Shown piece after piece: positions 54,197 through 64,000 of a DNA stretch of 64,000 nucleotides. The stretch spans positions 22,444,001 through 22,508,000 of the forward strand of contig OZ024751.1 in assembly GCA_964016885.1 (NCBI GenBank). The letters run 5' to 3'. This DNA comes from Eledone cirrhosa. Its lineage: Eukaryota. Below the pieces are notes generated by a model, which saw nothing but the letters and a program-made list of their open reading frames with translations, was not told the origin of the DNA and did no database searches. How positions within the stretch are numbered: the stretch's first letter is position 1; each line of letters begins with the position of its first letter. Made by a program: the position numbers and the translations under genes.

Positions 54197-55011
54197 ATAT
54201 ATACAGTTGATACGTATATGATGTTAAATCGTGTGGAATTTGTAGCTATAACTACGTTGACAGTTGAGACCATGTAAACTATGATAACATATCAAAAAGT
54301 TAATAATTCCACTGTCTTCAACATAACGCCATTCCTATTGATGTTGTTGTTGTTAGCTCAAGACACTTGGCAGACATTTTTGTTGTTGTTGGCTCAAGTC
54401 ACCAGCCAGAATGTTTGTGTTGTTGCTGTTGTTGTTGTTGTTGTTGTTGTTGTCACTTGCCAACAAGTACAACTCCGAGATTCTTACCTTTTGTTCACCC
54501 TTAAAATAACATAAAAGTACATGTATATATCACACACACACACAGACACACAGGCACATAGACACACACACACACACGCACACACTCACACACACACACA
54601 AAAGCACATACTGATATGGACAAATATGCATACACATGCACATACACATTCAGAATCAAACGTACACGTATAGACACTAACACAAGGTGATACAAGAAAA
54701 CACACGTACATACATAAATACATCAACATATACAAACATCACAGACATACACTAAACTAACCGCCATTGTCATAATAGACAGGCTTGTTTGACATTTCCT
54801 GTCTTCCATTGACATATTTTATTAAAGGCATAATTCGTACACACACACAAACTATATATATATATATATATATATTAGAAAGTGAGGTTTTTTTTACAAA
54901 ATGAAAAATAACCGAGGTGTCCTACACGAGTGGAAGTATAAAGAAAAAGGGATGAAATCGAAAATGCAACTGAAGTCTTATTTTTTTTTAAATATATATA
55001 TTTATTTGGTT

Positions 55012-55049
55012 CCTTTACCGGTTTCGCAGTTCTTCTGCTTTTCAAAAGG
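55012..55049 (-). ncRNA. Minimal type I hammerhead motif, U3-A8 variant (family HH-B), inverted copy
   Basis: Reverse complement of 55440-55477. Confidence 0.65.
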
Positions 55050-55439
55050 TGAGTTGAGATGGAGGGTCTGTGGTTTTTCTCACATCTGGTTGGTCTCTAA
55101 ATGTTACTTGTTTTATATGGAAAAACTGGCTCGAAAACCAGGTTTTTCGAGAAGTAATTTGATTGGTTTGTCAATAATTATAATAAATTTCGCGCCTGTT
55201 CGCGTTACAATAGTTCTTCAAATAATAGAGGGGGGGGGGGGGTTTGTCACAGGTTGTTTTTTCATATATGAGTGTTTGAATTTCTTTTTACTTGAAAAAA
55301 TGAGGCTCACGAAGGCTTTTTTTTTGGTTGGTTATAAATGAAATTTGGCTGTCACGTGAACTTGTTTTCCATATAAAACAAGTAACATTTAGAGACCAAC
55401 CAGATGTGAGAAAAACCACAGACCCTCCATCTCAACTCA

Positions 55440-55477
55440 CCTTTTGAAAAGCAGAAGAACTGCGAAACCGGTAAAGG
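55440..55477 (+). ncRNA. Minimal type I hammerhead motif, U3-A8 variant (family HH-B)
   Basis: cctt-TTGAAAA-gcag aagaa ctgc-GAA-accggt-A-aagg: stem I cctt/aagg, G-C-closed stem II, palindromic stem III, GUA triplet. Confidence 0.65.
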
Positions 55478-55573
55478 AACCAAATAAATATATATATTTA
55501 AAAAAAAATAAGACTTCAGTTGCATTTTCGATTTCATCCCTTTTTCTTTATATATATATATATATATATATAT

Positions 55574-56040
<467 letters not shown>

Positions 56041-56100
56041 CCAAAATTAAGATAAATTAAATTAAATTAAATTAAATTAAGGGTGTCATGCCGGATAGAC

Positions 56101-56287
56101 GTATGACTCCGACGGCAGAGCTCAAGCCGTTTCGACGGCTATTTCTGGACAGTCCAGAAATAGCCGTGGAAACGGCTTGAGCTCTGCCGTCGGGGTCATA
56201 CCTTTTCCTATTTCCCACTCTACTACTCTAAGTATTGAGTACTCTGGTGCGTTATGGTCCACCTGGTTCCTTACCACATTTCCTTCG

Positions 56288-56288
<1 letters not shown>
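56101..56288 (+). mobile_element. Family HP hairpin element (about 50-bp arms)
   Basis: gtatgactccgacggcagagctcaagccgtttcgacggctatttctggac a gtccagaaatagccgtggaaacggcttgagctctgccgtcggggtcatac plus body. Confidence 0.88.
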
Positions 56289-56368
<80 letters not shown>

Positions 56369-56548
56369 AATATTCTATGGCGGTTGGTAGCGAATAGATT
56401 GCTGTCGTTTATTTATCTACTATTTCTTCATAGGTGCCTTTTAATCTTATAGCCTGGTTTAATTGGTTTTATGTGTGGTTAATTATGCTAATTGGGAGAG
56501 GAAATGGTGTTTATATATTATCAAATGATTCTATGGACATACTTTATA

Positions 56549-56607
<59 letters not shown>

Positions 56608-56637
56608 ATATGGAAACTATATTTATAAAACCATATC

Positions 56638-56703
56638 TATTTCATTATATATATTTCAGGGATATCATATTAACAATATGCTATGCCTTCCTCAGACAAA
56701 ATA
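56638..56703 (-). ncRNA. Type I hammerhead motif (family HH-A), inverted copy
   Basis: Reverse complement of 56873-56938, here with an intact A-U pair closing stem II. Confidence 0.72.
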
Positions 56704-56872
56704 CAATATAAACAGTTTTATAGATAAATATATTCGACATACCTTAATAACACCGACTTGCATTTGGAGAGGTTCAAACAGGCAGTTTTAACCTCTGTTT
56801 TAACCTCTCCAAATGCAAGTCGGTGTTATTAAGGTATGTCGAATATATTTATCTATAAAACTGTTTATATTG

Positions 56873-56938
56873 TATTTTGTCTGAGGAAGGCATAGCATAT
56901 TGTTAATATGATATCCCCGAAATATATATAATGAAATA
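56873..56938 (+). ncRNA. Type I hammerhead motif (family HH-A)
   Basis: tattttgt-CTGAGGA-aggcatagcatatt gtt aatatgatatcccc-GAA-atatatat-A-atgaaata. Confidence 0.68.
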
Positions 56939-57134
56939 GATATGGTTTTATAAATATAGTTTCCATATATTGTAAATATACTCCAAATATTTGTCGAGTG
57001 CTTTTATATCAGTTATAAATATTTACTAGTTGTAACCCAACAATTTTAAATATAACTTTCCATATATATATATATATATATTTATGTCTGTGTGTATACA
57101 TATATATGTGTGTGTGTATATATATATGTCTGTG

Positions 57135-57212
<78 letters not shown>

Positions 57213-57269
57213 TTGGAGCTCTGAAATACATTAAGCATAAAGTGTATTGCAAAATACACTATATATACA

Positions 57270-57312
<43 letters not shown>

Positions 57313-57379
57313 ATAAGCACACAAGACGGACGTCTACAATTAACAATAACAAATTTCACTCCGGGGTACAAATCAACCC

Positions 57380-57478
57380 GAGTCTATAGGAGACATTTAT
57401 CCACGATGTCGCGTTGGGGCTAAATCGGAGACACACATGATTGGGAAACATTCCTTACCCCCACAGCCATACCTGCGA
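57380..57478 (-). mobile_element. Degenerate SINE family 3 head
   Basis: Reverse complement begins cgcaggtatggctgtgggggtaagg, similar to 60750-60830. Confidence 0.55.
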
Positions 57479-57512
57479 CTATTGGCTTTATTTCTATTAT
57501 TATCTTTTCACT

Positions 57513-57704
57513 AGGGCGGTGGATTGGCAGTATTGGTAGAGGGTCGGATGCCATGCTTTGACGCATAGAGTTACAGCCCTTGCCATTCTGAGTTCAAATC
57601 CCGCCGAGGTTAACTTTGCCTTTCATCCTTACTGGGTCGATAAAATAAAGTACCAGTAATACACTGGGTAATTGCTGGTCTTGTGCCTAACGTAGAAACA
57701 ATTA
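57513..57704 (+). mobile_element. SINE family 1 (short type), full length
   Basis: High identity to 4308-4502. Confidence 0.9.
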
Positions 57705-57942
57705 TCTTTTCACTTTATTTTTCTTACCTCATTACTAACTACGAAAATAATTGACTATTTCGAAATGTGTAAATTACAGCAACGAAACCGTTTTGTAAAT
57801 TGCAATTAGCAAATTACTGCTACGTAATATTATACTTAATTACAGCAATTAGTAGTGAATGACTAATTAAATTGGACTATTTTAAAAGGTTGTGTAGATA
57901 TTATATTGCATTTCTGCAGTCGCTGCACATATATAGAAACAT

Positions 57943-58004
<62 letters not shown>

Positions 58005-58010
<6 letters not shown>

Positions 58011-58051
58011 TGCTTCTATATATGTGCAGCAAATTCACACACATGTATATA

Positions 58052-58123
<72 letters not shown>

Positions 58124-58167
58124 TATATACATGTGTGTGAATTTGCTGCACATATATAGAAGCAGTG

Positions 58168-58170
<3 letters not shown>
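58005..58170. repeat. Palindrome with ~50-bp unique arms centred on (TA)n
   Basis: acactgcttctatatatgtgcagcaaattcacacacatgtatatactg / cagtatatacatgtgtgtgaatttgctgcacatatatagaagcagtgt. Confidence 0.93.
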
Positions 58171-58214
<44 letters not shown>

Positions 58215-58239
58215 GTATGTATATATATGTATATATATA

Positions 58240-58356
58240 ACGTTCTTGAGTTCTGCCGTCGGGGTCATACTTTTTCCTATTTCCCACTCTACTACCCTAA
58301 GTATTGAGTACTCTGGTGCGTTATGGTCCATCTGGTTCCCTACCACAACTCCTTCG

Positions 58357-58357
<1 letters not shown>
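58240..58357 (+). mobile_element. Family HP element without the left hairpin arm
   Basis: ttgagttctgccgtcggggtcatac plus conserved body and (TA)n. Confidence 0.85.
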
Positions 58358-58436
<79 letters not shown>

Positions 58437-58504
58437 GTATATACATGTATATGTGTGTATATATATATATATGTATATATATACATATATATGTATATAT
58501 ATAC

Positions 58505-58545
<41 letters not shown>

Positions 58546-58729
58546 GATAAATCTACCAAAGGTTTACGGTAGTGTCCAATCCGTATGAAGAACTCAATGT
58601 AATCCGGATATCATGGAAAGAAGAGATCACTTTCGGTGAAAGATAAACGGAATACAGAGTCAAGATAAAATATTAAAAAATAATGAATAAAACAATGAAA
58701 CAGTTCCTTATATTAAACAAAAAAAGTTC

Positions 58730-58866
58730 ATTATTTAACGATCGTTTCTAGGACATATATGTGTTAGAATTGGCATGCATATTCAAAAGATCTATGTACA
58801 AAATTATACAAACTATCAAAGAGAATATACATACCAACACATATATATGCTGTCTTCAGAAATAAT
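58730..58866 (-). ncRNA. Hammerhead-like motif with extended stem II (family HH-C), inverted copy
   Basis: Reverse complement of 58888-59024. Confidence 0.55.
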
Positions 58867-58887
58867 CTTATTAATATTAATATTAAT

Positions 58888-59024
58888 ATTATTTCTGAAG
58901 ACAGCATATATATGTGTTGGTATGTATATTCTCTTTGATAGTTTGTATAATTTTGTACATAGATCTTTTGAATATGCATGCCAATTCTAACACATATATG
59001 TCCTAGAAACGATCGTTAAATAAT
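58888..59024 (+). ncRNA. Hammerhead-like motif with ~100-nt stem II (family HH-C)
   Basis: attattt-CTGAAGA-[long hairpin: atatatgtgtt/aacacatatat and ggtatgtatattc/gaatatgcatgcc]-GAA-acgatcgt-T-aaataat; the closing pair of stem II is a C.A mismatch. Confidence 0.55.
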
Positions 59025-59081
59025 GAACTTTTTTTGTTTAATATAAGGAACTGTTTCATTGTTTTATTCATTATTTTTTAA

Positions 59082-59157
<76 letters not shown>

Positions 59158-59267
59158 TATATAGGGCAGGAGGCCACTGTTTCATGATGTTGCTATAGAA
59201 ACTTGCTACAGTTATTGTAGACTAAGTGAAGAATATTTACACTTGTGGGATTTGGGTTAAACATTTT

Positions 59268-59376
<109 letters not shown>

Positions 59377-59437
59377 GTGTGTGTGTGTGTGTCTAAACAG
59401 ATCTGCTAGAAATGGGAGTTTACCCTACGTGTATATA

Positions 59438-59507
<70 letters not shown>

Positions 59508-59530
59508 TATGTGTGTGTGTGTGTACATAT

Positions 59531-60403
59531 ACGGTAGGATGTAGGAATTGAGAAATATCTTAGCGTATAGGTCTTGGCCAGATGTGAAATATAGACCCAC
59601 GATACCAGTTGCAGATCTGGGCAAAATACGAAATGTATGTAAAGCCTTCTCTAGTCTTAGGCGAGATGTGAAATATAGACGGCAGAAACCAGGTTACATG
59701 TCTCTGCAGGATATGAAATGTATGTAAAGCCTTCTATAGTCTGAGGCGAGATGTGAAATATAGACGGCAGAAACCAGGTTACATGTCTGTGCAGGATATG
59801 AAATGTATGTAAAGCCTTCTCTAGTCTTAGGCGAGTTGTGAAATATAGACGGCAGAAGCCAGGTTACATGTCTGTGCAGGATATGAAATGAAGGCAGCAT
59901 TTCAAACTAATTATTTTAGTAGCCAATGCTAAGTACATATGATTTATGTATGGATTACGGGTACATGCATTTACATGTAATTTACAAGCTGTACTTAGAG
60001 CACAACAGAATTAAAAAACAAACAAACTAACTAAAACATAAGAAGAGTAGCCTCCCACCCCCAATCCCTTCATAATCATAGGCCCATGACAATACATCAC
60101 CCTATTGCTATCCATTTCCACCTTCGTTCTAGGCTGGTAGTCATTAGAAAACTATACAATGCCGGACTATAAAATGGCTTTATATACATTTTCTTTCCGA
60201 CCCTTTACACAATTTTGTGTTGCAGTTGTTGTAGGATAGATTTCGGGATTGAGTCAGTCGAATCGATTATAGATCATATCTTATACCCCCCTCCCCCTAT
60301 TCTACGGAAATATCGATCATGAACCTTACATGAAAATATTCAAAATATTTCACATCTGGCCTAGGCCTAGACGCTACAAATATTACCCAATTCACATCCT
60401 ACC

Positions 60404-60404
<1 letters not shown>
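59531..60404. mobile_element. Non-autonomous TIR element (~60-bp imperfect TIRs) with an internal ~85-bp tandem array (59581-59890)
   Basis: acggtaggatgt...ggccagatgtgaaatat versus atatttcacatctggcc...acatcctaccgt. Confidence 0.7.
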
Positions 60405-60461
<57 letters not shown>

Positions 60462-60462
<1 letters not shown>

Positions 60463-60616
60463 AGAAAAGAGACAGGACCCCGACGGCTGAGCTGCGGCCG
60501 TTTCGACAGCTAGATCCGAGTTGGGATCTAGCTGTCGAATCGGCCGGAGCTCAGCCGTCGGGGTCCTGACTCTTTTCCTATTATCGACTCTACAACCCTA
60601 AGTATCGAGTACTCTG

Positions 60617-60620
<4 letters not shown>
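60462..60620 (+). mobile_element. Family HP hairpin element, divergent subfamily
   Basis: caggaccccgacggctgagctgcggccgtttcgacagctagatcc gagttg ggatctagctgtcgaatcggccggagctcagccgtcggggtcctg plus body, between (TA)n tracts. Confidence 0.85.
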
Positions 60621-60662
<42 letters not shown>

Positions 60663-60675
60663 CACGATGTAGGAT

Positions 60676-60752
60676 GCCCAATGGAGGAATCGAACTTCGT
60701 ATCTCTCAGATACCGGCTTAGTGCTTTCTCAATTATTAAGCTACTTTGTGGC
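60676..60752 (-). pseudogene. tRNA-like sequence (pseudo-tRNA or repeat head); related fragment at about 44605-44665 (+)
   Basis: Reverse strand gives D arm gctt/aagc, anticodon-like loop ccggtat and T loop gttcgattc; acceptor and anticodon stems imperfect. Confidence 0.45.
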
Positions 60753-61170
60753 AGGCATGACTGTATGATTAAGGGGTTCGCTTCATAACCAACTGGTTTC
60801 GGGTTTAGTTCCAATGCCTGGAATATTTGGCATGTACGTGTATTCCACTAATGCCAAAGATTATCAGTGAACTCCGTAGACGGAAAACGCGACGCCTTCG
60901 TGTCTCTAGTATACATAAAAATACGTATGCGTGTATATGTGTGCATGTGTGTGCATGTGTGTGTGCATGTGCGTGTGTTTGTGTATGTGTGTATATGTCT
61001 GCATTTATATTTACTGCTTGTTTATATCTCGATACAAAGTAATCGATAACGTAAGAACTAGACTGGAATAAAAATGTATAGGGGTCGATATGAGGGACTA
61101 AAAATCTCTTCAAGGCGATGCCCCAGCATGATCGCAGTCTATGATTGAACCCGGCAAAAGAATAAATAAA
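60750..61170 (+). mobile_element. Degenerate long tRNA-derived SINE (family 3) with internal (TG)n
   Basis: Head gcaggcatgactgtatgattaag...gggtttagttcc; tail ggggtcgat...aaggcgatgccccagcatgatcgcagtc; resembles the octopus CORE-type SINE as I recall it. Confidence 0.55.
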
Positions 61171-61852
61171 TAAAAAGCATCCTGTATTCCCCCTCTCACA
61201 TATCGATCGTAAGCCTTAAATATAAAAAAAAAAAAATTCAATCCACTTTCTGCCGCTCCCCTCCTCATTCTCATCCTCCTTCTCACCGCCACAGAAATAT
61301 CGATTGTGAACCTTAAATAAAAATATATCAACCCCCACCCCATTTCATCATCCACCACCACACCCACACAACACACATGTATACAGATCCGGGCTAAGAC
61401 TAATCAATATATTACATTTAGATATGATCAGTTATCGTAAATATAGAAAAAAGGGGAAAGCGGATGTCTCCACACGTGTTTACAAATATAATTTAGTTTC
61501 CCTGTTTGTGCAACAATGCATGGCAATTAGAAATATACACAAAGCATTGCATGTTATTCCCCTTTTTTTGTATTTTTTTTTTGTTTTTTTTAAATGCATT
61601 TTCTTTGTAGCCATGATTGGATTTGTGTAGTGGTGGTTGGGGGCTTTTTTTGGTATTGTAATAATAAATACCATGTTAGTATATTTTGTTAGGGAGTTTT
61701 GCCTGACCCTTTTTATTTTAATTATTTTATTTTTATTTTATATAAAAATACACTTTGAACCAATATGTAGCGGGTTTGAAGTCTGGCTGGGAACAGTGTT
61801 TTTTTTGTATGTCTGACAGTTGATTATACATACATATATATTTTTTAATATG

Positions 61853-61891
<39 letters not shown>

Positions 61892-62519
61892 ATGTGTGTG
61901 TTTGGTGAGAAGGGTGGTGGTGGTGGTGGGTTAAAAGTATTTTATCTTTTATGTTTCAAAAATGGACTGAAATAGATAAATGAACAAAGCTGAATTTTGG
62001 AGATAGAAGTAGAGGCAGAGAGAAAGAGAGAGAGGTGGTGAGAGAGAGGGGTGAGAGAGAGGCGGTGGGAGAGAGGCGGTGGGAGGGAGAGGCAGGGAAG
62101 CTGAACCTTTATAAAAACATTTTTTTACAGATACGGAGAATTCTTTGCAAATTTCTAGTGAGGTATACATTAGATTTTATCGATCTCGAAAGGATAATAG
62201 GTAATGTTGATCTTGATGGGAATTGAACTCAGAGAAAAGAGAACTGGAACAGATTCCTCAAATATCGCCCCACCGTATTCTTATGGCCAGGAAGAGTAGG
62301 CAGTTATTTCCTCTATCAGATAGCTGTAGCGAAAGAGTATGGGGGACGCGGTTAAAAGCATTCTGTCCAACGTTCTAACGATTCTACCGATTAGTCTACT
62401 CATTTCTTCATAGAAAACCTCCAGAGGCTGACATCTGGTCACTGCAAGACAGGTTATATTGGATGATGTGTTATCCATATTAGGTAAAACTTGATCTGAC
62501 TATTAAAGACAAACCTAAC

Positions 62520-62720
62520 ACGCCTTCTCCATTCTGTCCGCCGGGGATGTGGGGCGGCCAGCACGTGGGGGTCCAATTTGCTCACTATAAAGAGAGATGG
62601 GGAGGGCGAGGCGAGAGAGATGGGGGTGATGGCGGTGGGAGTTCGACTCTTCAGTGTTCGGACACATTGCATACTTGTGACGAACAGTGTGAATTCCTAT
62701 TTGTAATATTGATTAATATT
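62520..62720 (+). mobile_element. CRE-type LINE extreme 3' end (last codons plus 3' UTR)
   Basis: Clear homology to 10646-10790 (cgccttctccattctgtccg...gatggggagggcgag...ggtgggagttcg...ggacacattgcat). Confidence 0.78.
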
Positions 62721-62983
62721 GATGTAATATTACTATAGTTATATACTAGGTGTATACGCCCCACTGGTTACTCACCACCACCCCGAGAGTATCAGGTAAA
62801 ATATAAATGACAAACTTAACTATGAATATATGGATTTAGGGCAGCTGGCTGAGAGAAATCCTTTAGAACATATAATCAACTCACTCCACATATCTATTTT
62901 GTATTGTTTAACTTTTCAACGAGACAAGAAGTCTGAAATTTTGACGTTCGAAGTAGGAATATAAACACACACACACACACACA

Positions 62984-63049
<66 letters not shown>

Positions 63050-63052
<3 letters not shown>

Positions 63053-63622
63053 TAAAGTTAGTCCTTTATACCTCCGGTTGGTGCGAGCAACGGCTAAAGA
63101 AAGTCGTTGGGACACGTAAATAAGGGGAACGAGCGAGGCTGTAAACAAACAAAGATGGTAATGCAACGGAAAATGAGGAAGAAAGAGTCAAGTCCCAGAT
63201 TTCCATGAATATAAGTTCAGTGAAATCGTGAACGAGAGAGAATAAAGACCATCAAACCTAGTCGAAATGTGAGCAAGGAAGGAATTCCGCACAGGTCAAC
63301 CTGGATGAAGAAGGAGTCCAGTCCGTGGATTCGGTGAACATAAGTTCTGTGAAATCGTAGACAAGAGAGAAAAAAGGAACAACCAGCCTGGTCAAGCGTG
63401 CGCGAGAAAAGAATTACGCACAGGTCAAACGGGAGGAAGTAGGAGAGGTAGTAGCAGAGAGTGAGTTAGTGAAAGGTGAGGGAGAGGCTAACAGAGAGAG
63501 TGACTGTTAGAGAGGGTAAAGATACAGAGAAAGAGGAAGCAGTAAGAACGAAATAGACGGGTCACAGCGGAGGAAAATATATATGTGAATATGAAAACAA
63601 ACGTGCTGCGTGGTTGCAAATG

Positions 63623-63624
<2 letters not shown>
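63050..63624. other. Unclassified purine-rich element between (TA)n tracts with a diverged ~129-bp internal duplication
   Basis: 63178-63300 versus 63307-63429 (gaagaa.gagtc...taagttc.gtgaaatcgt...gcacaggtcaa). Confidence 0.55.
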
Positions 63625-63713
<89 letters not shown>

Positions 63714-63904
63714 CTCAATATATACATATGTATACATATATGTATACATGTATATATTCATACACACACACACACACACAAATATATATATATATATGAA
63801 CACAAATCTATATATCTATAATTTTAATTAATTTTTCTTTAAATATCTGGCATTGATTACAATTTTAATTAGATCTTTGCTGAAATCATTAAATGTCGAG
63901 AAAG

Positions 63905-63939
<35 letters not shown>

Positions 63940-64000
63940 GAAGGGGGGGGGAGAAAATACTAAAGAGAAAAGAAGTTAGACAAAGAGAGTGTTTTGTGAC

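Larger units (their letters stand above)
54937..55552. repeat. Inverted duplication with 188-bp arms (54937-55124 and 55365-55552)
   Basis: Arms read as reverse complements; identical peptides appear in the opposite-strand ORFs 54901+ and 55352-. Confidence 0.95.
56602..56974. repeat. Near-perfect palindrome (about 180-bp arms)
   Basis: tacaatatatggaaac...ggagaggtt / aacctctcc...gtttccatatattgta. Confidence 0.95.
58665..59090. repeat. Near-perfect palindrome (about 200-bp arms)
   Basis: Near-identical ORFs on both strands (58764- and 58775+); centre at ttattaatattaatattaatatt. Confidence 0.95.

Overview
Very AT-rich, microsatellite-saturated eukaryotic DNA. The repeat families look cephalopod (Octopus-like), which is an inference from recognition and not a search result. 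Nearly all long ORFs in the track are translations of simple repeats. One convincing host exon is present: minus strand 25266-25547, 282 nt, phase 1-1, Cys-rich and SUEL-lectin-like. The rest is retroelement and MITE debris: about 30 tRNA-derived SINE copies from at least three families, a (TAA)n-inserted R4/Dong LINE 3' end, three CRE-type LINE 3' fragments, decayed Penelope-like (PLE) RT and probable endonuclease remnants, Tc1/mariner, pogo and hAT MITEs, and many minisatellites. The most interesting signal is a set of short non-coding elements embedded in (TA)n that carry type I hammerhead ribozyme motifs from three unrelated families, one with a compensatory U3-A8 core and one with a ~100-nt stem II. 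Most occur as head-to-head inverted pairs. A fourth family forms fold-back hairpins centred on a half-hammerhead. They cluster at 54.9-60.6 kb. All structures were folded by eye and no databases were searched; repeat boundaries are approximate.
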